In this document: positions 51,828 to 64,000 of the stretch, in pieces
How the letters are laid out: the number at the start of each line of letters is the position of its first letter
How positions within the stretch are numbered: position 1 is the stretch's first letter
DNA from: the human T2T-CHM13v2.0 reference genome, Homo sapiens
Length of the DNA stretch: 64,000 bases
Assembly (NCBI RefSeq): GCF_009914755.1
Contig: NC_060934.1
Reading direction: 5' to 3' (one strand)
The notes under the pieces: model-generated
What the model saw: the letters and a program-made list of their open reading frames with translations, nothing else
Database searches by the model: none
What the model was told of the DNA's origin: nothing
Position numbers and translations under genes: made by a program

Positions 51828-53393
51828 GAGCTTTACCAGATGTACTAATTACTAGCTGAGATTTTTATCTGACTCTTGAGAACAAAATGTGTGAATTCAG
51901 GAGATGAGTCAAGAAGTATGGATAATGTAAATATTCAATAATAGTAAAAAACTGCAAGTATAAAAGCTGTAGATGTATTGCTTCTGCGGTTAACTTGTGA
52001 TTGGATAAAGACATCTCTCTGGAATCCCTTCTGGTTATAAAAAGAGGCCATCTTAATTGGCTTGTTTTTGTTTGTGGTTATAAACTATTCCAAACCTTCT
52101 GGTTTGAATTGCGGATTATGGATTATTTCATTTCAGTCCTCTACAACCATCAAATTGAATTAAAAAAAAAAAAAAGAGGAGCAGAAGTTTCATTGTAAGC
52201 CTTTATAGCATTTGACTAATGGCTATATGCAGTTCTCTCAGTCTCTTCTGCCTTTGCTGGAAATGTATAGAGTGTTTCTTCATCCTTAGGTTGAGAGAGC
52301 ATAAATATATTGAATGGATTTGATTTCCTACAAAACAATATTCTGGCATTTTGATTAATTGACGAGGACCCTTCCTTTGCAATGTACCCAACTTTTCCTT
52401 CCAAACATTAGAATGTGGATCACCTACATTTGAAGAGGTAGAGCTGGATAAATCTTTGCTGATGAACTAAAAAGGCTTTCACTTCAGTGTCTGGTGAAGC
52501 AATTAATGCTGGAAGAGTAGCTTGGGGTATTACCAGGATGCAGCATATGGCGGTGGTTTGCTAAAGTGATTTCCATTTGGCTAACCACTTGATGGCAAGC
52601 CAGAGGCAGTATCTGGAGAGAAGGTAGAGTTGGGAAATGGGTCTTGAGTACATCTTGTCCTCAAGGCACAGGGTGATACACAGTGGTGCCTTCTAAGAAT
52701 GTCAGTTAGCAACCCTTTCTCCTGCCACCAGTGAGACAGGGCCATTGTTCTTCATCTGGAAGAAGCCTCTTTCCTTGCTGAAAGGATTAGGCTTTGACAT
52801 CAAATTCTGGCTTTGACATCATTTTTAAGACATCCTCTGAATCTAACCCTAGTTTTCTGAACAGGCAAAGCCTCTCGCTTAAATTCAAAATTCTCCAGGC
52901 CAAAGATGATGTCATGTAGTTTTGAAAGGCTCCAGTTCCTGGAGTACTACCAGGAAAAGAAAGTCATCTTCCTTGAATTCAGTCCACCCTCAAGGTGTCC
53001 TGAGAAAGAAGCTGTTTCTCAGAACAGCCCAGGCAACATTGCTTTCAGGCAAACTCTTCTGTTGACTTCGTATTTCCTACACATTCTTAAGCCACTGAAA
53101 GAGTTTAAGTCTGAAAGATTTCTGATACCTATTTCCTCACCAGGCTGCAAAAATACCAGAATTATTTCATTCCTGCAGCCTCAAAGATAGAGAAATCAAG
53201 GCTCCAAGAGCATGTCTTGAGCTAAAATAGTGATTTTCCACTTTTTTTAAGTGACAGGATATTTTCATCCAATAAAACTGTGGAAGGGACAGATTATTTT
53301 TCCACTCACCAGACCAGTCTTCTTGACCAGGTGGGCAGTGTGGAGAGTTACTTTCAGGCTACCTTTAAAACGCTACCTGGGTTCTAAAGACAA

Positions 53394-53737
<344 letters not shown>

Positions 53738-54214
53738 TGAAACCCACTATATTTGTAAGCAATGAAAATTTTATGAACATAGTAGGTGTGGAGTGCTTTT
53801 CACAGAGTCTCTTGGGTCTTACCTACACTAGGGAGAAATAACTTTCAAATGTCTTCAAAGTGAGATTAAATCTCACATGCACCTAGATTGGTTTGTTTTA
53901 CTTGGGTGTAGTCTGCTCAGTTTTTCATCTTGCGTTATGGTTAATTGTGTGAAGTTATGCTTCCCACTAAATTATGAACCTTGAAAGCAGTAACATCTCT
54001 TTCTTTTCGTGACACCATCTCACACTCTACCCTCCCTCCCTTCCTTCCTTTCACCTCCATATCTCTGCACAGGCATAGTGCCCGAAAATGGTAAGCATTG
54101 GTGGATGGTGATGTGAATCTGTCATCTAATTGCGGACCTTGAAGAGGAGGCACAGCTCAAAAGAAATAACTGTGTGGATGAATTTGGCTATTTTCTTTAG
54201 GAAACAAAGAGCCA

Positions 54215-54515
54215 GGCCAGGCACGGTGGCTCACGCCTGTAATCCCAGCACTTTGGGAGGCCAAGATGGGCAGATCACGAGGTCAGGAGATCGAGACCAT
54301 CCTGGCTAACACGGTGAAATCCCGTCTCTACTAAAAATACAAAAAAATTAGCCAGGCATGGTGGCAGTCACCTGTGGTCCCAGCTACTCAGGAGGCTGAG
54401 GCAGGAGGATAGCGTGAACCTGGAAGGCGGAGCTTGTAGTGAGCCGAGATCGTGCCACTGCACTCCAGCCTGGGCGACAGAGTGAGACTCTGTCTCAAAA
54501 AAAAAAAAAAAAAAA
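54215..54515 (+). mobile_element. AluY/Sc8-like
   Basis: Perfect 16-bp TSD aggaaacaaagagcca at 54199-54214 and 54515-54530. Confidence 0.96.
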
Positions 54516-55740
54516 GGAAACAAAGAGCCAGAAGTTCTCTGTTCCCCTAAAAAGCTAATATAATAGAAGGTCAGGTTGAAACACAAATTATAACCAGGAG
54601 GCCTGAGGCTTAGTGAGAGAGTTGATCAAACTAGCCCCTTGATTAGATCAAATTTTCCAGCTGATTGAGGCTGGGTACTAGACACTAGGAGGCAGACGTT
54701 GGTTTTATTCCAGATGGAATTTTAAAGCTTACCCACATCGAGAGAGGACATTGGACAACAGAATAAAAACTATAAGCAAGTACATAATTAGGCACAATTA
54801 AAGCATGTTAATACAGAAGGCGGATTTACATGAAGCCGGGAGATGTTTCCCTGCCCTGTTCTCTCTCCTTATTGGGCTCTGAGACCCATCATGTGTTTGG
54901 ACAATGGGAGAATTTAGACATTTCTTCCTCTAGAGTCCATGGCTAGTGTTTGAATTACATCTAGAGACCAAAAAAACAGAGATGTGTGCCTAGGAGACCT
55001 GTGTACTTAACAGCATTTAACAGTTGTGAAGGGCACATTTTATGACTTTCCCATGGAAAGAAAATATCTCAAAATGGCCCAATTCATCCAGGCCATTCAG
55101 TGGAAGCTCAGTAAATAGAGGAACCACTTCCTCGAAGGGCCAGACCTGTCTTCACTCCAGATGATCCTCACTGGTAAAAACTGTATTTAAACACCAGAAC
55201 TTACTAAGTGCTAGGGGGCTGACACAGACCCCTGGCCTACTGCACACAGCTTATTAATGCCCAGCGGTGCTTGATGTTGGCTTCCTGTGGCTACCGTTTC
55301 AAACCTAGTATGAGATAGATTATTTTTCCCTCCTGTGATAATGCATTATTTATTCCTAAAGGGTCTTTTCTTTTCTCTGATAGACAAGTGTATCATAGGG
55401 CATTCCCTCGTTTAGATGGTAGGATGGGGAGGGAGGCGTGGTCAGTTTCACACCCTAAATATCCCCGGCTTTCTTGCTCATCAGTTTTCACAATTTATAT
55501 TATTTTATTGATATATGTGTTCACTCGTTGATTGTGGGTATCCCCTACTAGAATACAGTGGTCTTGCATGCTGGTCTGCTTTTCATTGTTGCATCCCAGC
55601 TGTAACATTTGTTAGCACAGTGCCTAATAAATGGGCGATGTCCAATAAATTTTTGGTGAATTAACGGATGAGTGACTGGATGGATTCTGATATAATTGAG
55701 ACTTATTTGTGACTCGGTGGTGAACTTAATATAGAACTTC

Positions 55741-56032
<292 letters not shown>

Positions 56033-56339
56033 AGAACTTCTGTTCTAACTAGAGATACAAGTGGTTAGGGTGGACTTTATGCTTTGAGAGTAAAACCTCA
56101 GAGCACGGTTAATTCAACCCACTACCTTAAATTGATGCTGTCCTCTTAGCTAGATTTCCCCATTGGGAAAGACTCAAAGCTAAAGGTTGAGAACTCACAG
56201 CAGAAACAGTGATTCCCACAGTTACCTGCCTCATTTGAAGGAAAAGGCTCCCAGAGTTCTGTGTTACCAACTTGTTACAAGCATGGGCTATTCTCAGGTC
56301 ATTCTGATGTGGAAGCTGCTTTATGCAGTGAAAAGAAGT

Positions 56340-56520
56340 CCACTCTTGAGACCAGAAGACAACCATATGGATCCTAGTTTTGGTACTCTGCTGCTGTGTG
56401 TCATTGGGCAAGTGTGCAGCCTCTCTGAATCTCCCTTCTTCTGTGAATGAGATTTCCTATAACCTGCCTCACAGGCTATGGGAGGATTATATGATGTCAT
56501 GGATGCGAAAATCCTTTATA
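56340..56520 (+). mobile_element. MIR
   Basis: gctgtgtgtcattgggcaagt...cctctctgaatctc...ctgtgaatgag. Confidence 0.7.
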
Positions 56521-58349
56521 AAATAGACAGTGTACACAGGAGACACAAGGATGATCAGAGTGATGGTTTCTTAAGTGATTACAGGGCCACACACAGGCTG
56601 TTTTCTAACCCTGTTGTCACCCCCAGGGCCCACAGGTCTCATCTGAGTGAGGGGAATCTGGAGGTGTGTTTCAAGGGGTATTCTAGGGTCTTTGAGGAAT
56701 CGTGTAGGCACTTGGAGGTATCCTGTTTCTTCTCCCTTGATATGTGGGCCTCAGATTAGCCCAAGATTATATCATTTAAAGGTTGGAGGCAGATTGTAAC
56801 TAAATATAAAATAATTATCAAAATACATATTTTGAGTGTTTTGAAAGGGCGTTGAAACCATTTCTTGTAATCTAAAACAAACTGTAAATAAGGAGGATTT
56901 TATTTTCAGTTACACCTGCTAGTAGATGTAAGAGGTGGTTCTGTCTAGTGAGAACTATTGAAACCGATTGGTGCAAGAATGCTTCATGGGAAATTGAATG
57001 ATGCACAGCTAACATTGTCTCGAGGTCCTATTTGGGCCTGTTGAGAAGGGTTTATGAAAATGAAGGGGTTCTTTCTATTTGAAATAGAAAAGGTACCATT
57101 TACCCCATAATATTTAACCAGCCACCTCCTCCTCCTCAGATTTACAATTACAGAGCCCCGGTTGCAAGTTGAGGTTTTTTAATTTTTTTTTTTTTCATTT
57201 GATTGCTGCCTTTAGCCCCTTGGTGAACTCCGCTGGCAGCCTCGTGGGTATTTTTCAAAAGAAGCCTCCTGCTTGACTGTATTAAATTCCACTGGCACCT
57301 TTGCCACGCCCTGTCCCCTACACATTCAAATAACAGAGTTTTCCCGTAACCCTGTTGAGAAATGTTCACGAGGGCCGCAGAACTTGTTCTGTCTTCCAAA
57401 TTTCAAGGAAATACTAGACTTACTTGGATGTAGTAAATGACATGGTTTCCCCAAATTAATCATTTGCCAGATCTTGCATCTGTTATTTTGTAAAATCTTA
57501 ATTTTTGTACAAAAATAAAATTAAAGGAAAAAATTAAACAAGACCATAGTGTGCAGCTCAGTATATTACAAGCTGTTTGTTTTTATTCACTCAACTCAAT
57601 AATGTACGTAGCTAGCATTTTAACTGTGGAATATGTTAGTTTTCATATGATTTGATCAATATCCCATTTTCTTGACCTAAGTGAATAAAAATAAACAGCT
57701 TGCAACATATACAGTTTCAGATTTTGGTTTTGTTTTGGTGGTTAGAGAAGCTGGCATAAAAATATAGCCTGAAATGACTATAAATTCCACAACCAATTTG
57801 ATCATTTAACTTAATCTGTGTAGTAATTTTATTTATTTTTTAAATTGGCAACACATCTCATGGATGGAAAATCAGAAGATACAAAAGCATGTTTGGTAAA
57901 AGACTCTTTTTTACCTCTATACCCGGTTCCCCATTTCCACATGCCTCAGGCAATGTTAATGTTGATTCATCTAAACTGTTGAACTAAGATATATTTCAGC
58001 TAAAACCTGATTTTATTTTGATGCTTTATCAAATGACTTAAAGGAACAGGGTATGAGTATGAGTCCTTGACAAACCTACATGAATATCCAGGGAGGTGTC
58101 TTAAATGAAACGCACTTAGGATGACAAAATACACATCCAAAAGTAGAATTCCATTTTTATTGTAAAGAAGAGTGCTGAAAGCGAGATCTCACTATGAAAC
58201 CATAAATCACCCCATATACTCTTTTGGACTTCTCTGTTTCTGGGTTTCCAGAACAGACTGTTCTCTTCTGACTGTTGCATATGTATTGAAGCCTGGCACT
58301 ATGAATCTCTTATGATGTAAGATTGAATTTCCCATTGCCATTTTTTCAG

Positions 58350-58447
58350 ATAACAGCCCGCCGTCAGTGGAAACATATTTATGATGAATTAGGCGGTAAT
58401 CCTGGGAGCACCAGCGCTGCCACTTGTACCCGCAGACATTATGAAAG
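58350..58447 (+). CDS. ARID5B: ARID5B coding exon (exon 8), 98 bp: ITARRQWKHIYDELGGNPGSTSAATCTRRHYE(R)
   Basis: Acceptor ttttttcag| and donor AAG|gtaaga; ARID W..I...LG and HYE motifs. Confidence 0.97.
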
Positions 58448-59660
58448 GTAAGAAACCATTTCATGGAATTGCTTAGTTAAAAGTGTGTTAATTGAAAGGA
58501 GCTTCTGGTCAAGGATAAGACAGAGGAAGTCTAAATGACCTTTTGGGAAACTGAAAATTTCCCTCTGGCATTTTACTTTGCATACCGCCTTGTGATTTTT
58601 AGGGAACATGGCTTTCTCTTGTTACAGGGGCTAAAATTAGATGTTCTTTTAGTTTGGTTCTGTCATGTGACCACCTGCCTGACAATGCCTTTTTTTTTTT
58701 TTCCCACAAGCATAGATTACTCAGGATGTTCTCTTTAGGCTCTCTTAACATGAGAACCTTTAGCTTCTGAAAAATCTGCAATGCTACTCTGAGGTTGACA
58801 TTGAAAAGTAAGCACTTCTCTTAATATTAGCATTGAAAAGTAAGGATTTCTCATAGTAAGAGAAATGGCCCCAGATCAAATCTGTTGTTTTATTTCATCC
58901 TGGTATTTTTCTTCTACGGAATCTTCTTACCAAGCTCTGTGTGGCTTGGTTTTCTAACAATTTCAGCCTATTTCAGAAAGATGATGAGGATGCAAACAAG
59001 AAGTAATGCAAAATTAGCCTACTATGTTGCATCCACAGGAGTGGATTTCCCGTTTGCATTAGGACTCCATTATTCACACCGTTAAAGACCAGTTAGCAGA
59101 TTAATGCATTATCCCTCTATGCTTCAAGCCCATACTTAATTTGTTTAGGTCATTACCAACTTCCTTATAACTGGCATTTCCCTTTGGGTCTTATACGTAC
59201 ATCCTCAGGCAATACCATTTAACTCATCAATTCTTAGTCCTTTTTTTCCAAGTTCAATTTTACTTTTATCTGTATTGCATTTAACTCAGCTTTAGTATGG
59301 CCGTTCAACAAGAATGTTTTTGTAATAATAAATTGAATTGGGTTTAGTACACCATGAAAAATTGCTACAAAGTATTCCCAAAGGATTGCCTTACTTGGCA
59401 GGGTTGTAATTCAGAAGGATTTTTAAAAATTGATAATAGATGTTCAAATTATTACTCTTTATAGCATTGTTTTTCAATACAACACATCAATTTTTAAAAT
59501 ATGTTATTTCTGTCAGTGTTTAATACAAAAACTCACCCATTCTCACTGTATGTATAAGGTACACCACTGATGTCCTAGTACAAAGTAGCACTGATATCTC
59601 AGGTGAGTGTTCCGAAAATAATGTCTAAGGAACCACAGGCTACTTGTTTTTGACTTATGA

Positions 59661-59981
<321 letters not shown>

Positions 59982-60202
59982 AGAACATTTTTACTAGAAA
60001 CTCTGTCCCTGTTTTCAAATAGATTCTGTTTTGAGAGTGGACATCCCTGTCCTTTATATGCAAATGCCCTCAACACCTGAACCATCAAACATAAAGGAGC
60101 AGATAGCAATTAAAGCTTGAAAAAGGAGTGTATCTCAGCTGTTAGCTCATCTAGTTAAAGAATGAAAACATCAATCAAATTAATTACAAAGTATCACATG
60201 GT

Positions 60203-60280
60203 AAAAAAAAAAAAAAAGAGAGAGAGAAGGTTTGGCATGGAGAGAAGGACTCAACCCATAGTAGTGTGTGTGTGTGTGTG
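60203..60280. repeat. A15-(AG)n and (TG)n simple repeats
   Basis: Direct reading. Confidence 0.85.
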
Positions 60281-60565
60281 ATTGAGCAGGTCTGTGAATA
60301 AAAGTAGGATTCTTCTGAAGATTGTGTACTTTTGATTATTTACTTCTTTCAGGAGATTCCTGAAAGCTTTCAATCACATTAGAAAATTTTAGTAGATATA
60401 CCACAAACTTTAGCAATTAAGAAACATGATTAAAGATGTCTTAAAATTTTTCTCTTCTCTCCCTATTCTTGGGACCAGATTGGATATTCCATAAAGGTTT
60501 GCTTTCTCACTCGATTAAACTTTTTGAAGAGTGATGTCACTTTTCCAAATCCAGAATTTGGTCAG

Positions 60566-61180
60566 TGTATGAGTCAGGGTGCAGTAAGGAAAATGGAAAC
60601 CACACTGGGTATTCAACAAAGAGACTTCACCATAGGCAGTTGCTTAAACAGGGGTTGGTGTGAGGCACTAAGTTAACACGGGGGCAACAACTGTAAGTTC
60701 CCTAGGGTGACAGAACAGAGAAGAGAGGTTGGTTGTCACCACCCAGAAGTTTGGAGAATGTGCCTCAGAGCTGGGGTTCAGGTCCCTGGTAAGAAGGAGT
60801 CACCCAACCAGCACTGATGCTTCGGGAGCTCAGAGGTGGAGCACTGCAGAGCTGGGCTGAAACCTGAGGAGGCGGTGCTCCCTGGCTGCTGCCAGACCTC
60901 AGAGGACACGCGCTGAAACTGCTGGGGGACTGTTGAAACTAGAGGCTGCAACCCACTGCTGCTGTTAATGCATTGTGGAGTTGACACTGATGTGAACAAG
61001 TGAAATGGAAAGGAGATTCCTTTTCTCTCCCTGCCTCCCAGGACACACTGTTTGCAGAATAGTAACAGGAAGATAGCTGACAAAAGGGATGTGTAATTTA
61101 CAGAATTCCAGTCCTAGCATCAGCAAGCAGAGTACAGAAGGGTGGATTTGGAGTTGAAAGACAATAGGCCATCCGCCAAG
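60566..61180 (-). mobile_element. Old ERVL-type solo LTR (LTR33-like)
   Basis: tgtatgagtcagggtgcagtaaggaaaatggaaaccacact at one end; gcagagtacagaagggtggatttggagttgaaagacaatag near the other. Confidence 0.7.
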
Positions 61181-63429
61181 TGGGAACCCCATATGCAGAG
61201 CCCATTTTATGTGTGGCAACACCAAAAATTGGCAGTGTGGAGCCTCCAACTGTGTTGTTGGAGCATAGCTGTCCCAGGGTGATTAGCAAGGTCCTTTACC
61301 TTTCCTTGGTATTTCCTTTTTGCCATCTAGACTCCTCTCACATCCTTGTGATCAGATGCAACCGCTAACTACCAAAATTTGAAGATCATTGATTTTATTT
61401 ACAACAGTGCCTCTCTCAATGTTCAATCAATCATTCTCCAAGAGGAATCACCCATAATCCTATGTGTTGTGGTGGGGAGAAAAAGCTAGGATTACCGTTC
61501 TAGATGTCTTCCTTTTAATTGGTTCTACCAAAGAAGGGCAGAGGACATGCACATATATCCAAGAAGAGACTGAAGCTCTGGGCTAAAACTTCATGATTAT
61601 GGTGGATTTCATTCATTCTTGCTAGTCACAGGTTGCATGAACAGATAAAACAGAGATGACTGGATTGGTGAAGGAACACTGTTTTCAAGAAGGGTCAATG
61701 AGTTGAGAATGGTCAGGACTTTGTGGGCAAATATCTAGTCTGGAAATGCCCTTGGAATTTTGTAAAGCCTTCCAAACCAAATCAGGATGATGAGAGCTCT
61801 TCCTACTAGGCTGCGGGTTCTTCTGTTCTCATTCTTTTCACTCCGATAAAGAGAACTGCTCTTTTTCCTATTTCCCTGCCACCAGCTTTGCTTTCCTAGA
61901 AGATGAAGAAGTGAGTGATCTCTATGCATTATCCACTGATTTATTTTTCATGCACTGTGGTTCATGTTTCCAGTAAACGTTTTCATTTTACAACAAGAAA
62001 AATGTAGCCAGTTCCTCAGTAAAATGTTACTTGTATATTAGTTGAGCACTTTTGGTTTATTAATGAGTGCAATAATGAAAGTGTGGGTTGTTGAAAAGAA
62101 TCAATGGGTGTTTTTATTTAAGGCAAAGCAGAAATGGTACAATGCTTGTGAATACATCATTGTCACTGAAGGCCTGACTCGTACAAACTTGCCTCTGATT
62201 GGTTTAAATCAAATAGGTCCAAGCACTTCATAAAAATGTCTTTGTCAGCCGGGTTTTGCTTCCAAATCTATTCATCTCTGTCAGTTTTTAATATTAGTAC
62301 CAGGCTCCTGGCCATAGTCCATTAGTACTGTACTTAATTGCTCATGTTACAGATGATTACCAATATAAAAAGCATTAATGTTTTCCCATCGCAAGGCTGT
62401 TGCTATGTAGATGTCTCAAACTCAGCAAAGCTTATGAAATGTGGTTATTCTGGACATTTCTTGCTCAGGATTTATAGATGAAGTTACTGTAGCTTTTGAT
62501 GCAAAGAAAAATACCCACCTCATTCTTTCTAAGTGGAACATTTTCTTTCTTGTCTAACTCTTTACTTAAAAGTAACCAGTTCACTTTATTTTTATCAGTA
62601 AAGGAACAAAAAGGAAAACGACTACTTTTATGGAATTCTCTTAGCTTGATTTTCTGGAATAGTAAATCACTTTAAAGGCTTTGTTTTCACATGCAGATTT
62701 CCCTTTTTAAAAAATGTTTTTAAAGTCCATGCAGGGGGAAAAAAATCTTTACTCAGAATGCTAGATTACTGGTTTTAATTTTCCTGAATAAATTACATGG
62801 TCTGTTTCTGTGGAGCACATGAAGTTGTTATTAGGGATTTTAAAAGGAGCATTAAAGCAAAAGTACTTTATGATGTGCATTTTTGAGTATTTAGAAAATC
62901 AAAATCATAAACAAATGTATTTGTTTGTGAGGGAAATTAGCAACTATTCTTCATCTTCTTGCACACATAATGCCTAATTTCAAATCCAACCTTTTGCTTT
63001 TACCATAAGCATTCCTTGGACAAGATTGTCACCCTGCATGGCTGAGGCAGCTTTCTTTGCAGGGACTTAAGGTGAGCTGTACCCAAGCCAGATGTACTTG
63101 GGCAGATACTGGGTGATAGCTGGAGCTTCTGCCTTTTTTCTCTGAAGGTATAAGGTAGAGTGTGGGAGGCTTCATGTTTTGAATAAGATAAGCATGTGCT
63201 TTAAGTTAAGGACCAAAAATATATCAGGTTCTAAGGAACCCACCTAATCATACCATGGATAAAGGCTGGGGAAGGAAAGGTGAGTTACAGTTCTGTGCAC
63301 ATCAAGGACATGATTCCATGTATTCTTGCTCATTTGGACACCCTTGGAGTTAATAGATACGCAATTCAGAAAGTCACAGGCCACATCTCAGAATTGTATA
63401 TTTAAGAGGACCCCTAGCAACTCCCTAGA

Positions 63430-63710
63430 CCAGTGCTACTCAAATGAGATTTTCTGACTTGTCCATGAACTGTTTTCTACTAGCCCATAACAAGCTAATA
63501 AGCACAGCAATTGCGAATAAGCATTGATACACTTACGCTGAAATTTGCCAGAATAACATTATGTCTGTTGAAGCTAATAAAAACTTGGGGCTTGTGTTTT
63601 GTATGCCTCCTTTTGAATTCCATTTTTCTAGTAATTCATTTTTATGGTTGTTTACAAAAGCATCAGTCAGCATCAGATGGGAAATTTAGAAAACTCGTCT
63701 TTCACCCAGG
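63430..63710. mobile_element. hAT-Charlie DNA transposon relic (Charlie4-like)
   Basis: Begins cagtgctactcaaa, followed by diverged Charlie body. Confidence 0.55.
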
Positions 63711-64000
63711 TCAGTGGAGAAGCTCCGCTCCTACATCTTGGCCACAAACTCAGATATTTATGGAGGCAGGTAGCAAAGATGAGTGCAGGGGCCACGGCTG
63801 GAAAGTGTGAAACTGGCACGCACAGCCCGGGCCAGAGAGCCCAAAGGGACCAGCCCACACTGTTGCTGTAGGTAGATGCCGTCTGTGCGCTTCCTGACCT
63901 TCTATGTTTTCAAGATATTTTTTTAATGTGAAATAACCTAACTTACAAACACTGGCTCCAATATTTAAAAAAATATTTTATATAAGCTAAATCAAACATG

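Overview
Primate (almost certainly human) genomic DNA lying inside the ARID5B (MRF2/DESRT) gene on the + strand. The window holds the distal part of the long intron 4, the internal alternative promoter and first exon of the short isoform (it ends in ATG-G|GT at 38133-38136), and four internal coding exons: 39541-39653, 45771-45972, 47897-47949 and 58350-58447. These splice in frame to MAPNLKGRPRKKK...EQAFLVALYKYMKERKTPIERIPYLGFKQINLWTMFQAAQKLGGYETITARRQWKHIYDELGGNPGSTSAATCTRRHYE, which is most of the ARID DNA-binding domain. The rest is intronic: about 18 Alus (many with clear target-site duplications), MIR/L2/L1 relics, hAT-Charlie MITEs, three LTR remnants and microsatellites. No CRISPR array, RNA gene or second protein-coding gene is supported, and the other ORFs in the track are Alu-derived or chance. 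The most interesting sequence-level observations concern the short-isoform 5' region. It has stacked upstream AUGs, including a 53-codon out-of-frame ORF that reads through all of exon 5, clustered STAT (GAS) elements, and a CTCF-like site about 10 kb upstream. Repeat subfamily names and boundaries were judged by eye and are approximate. Exon numbering is from recall of the long transcript.
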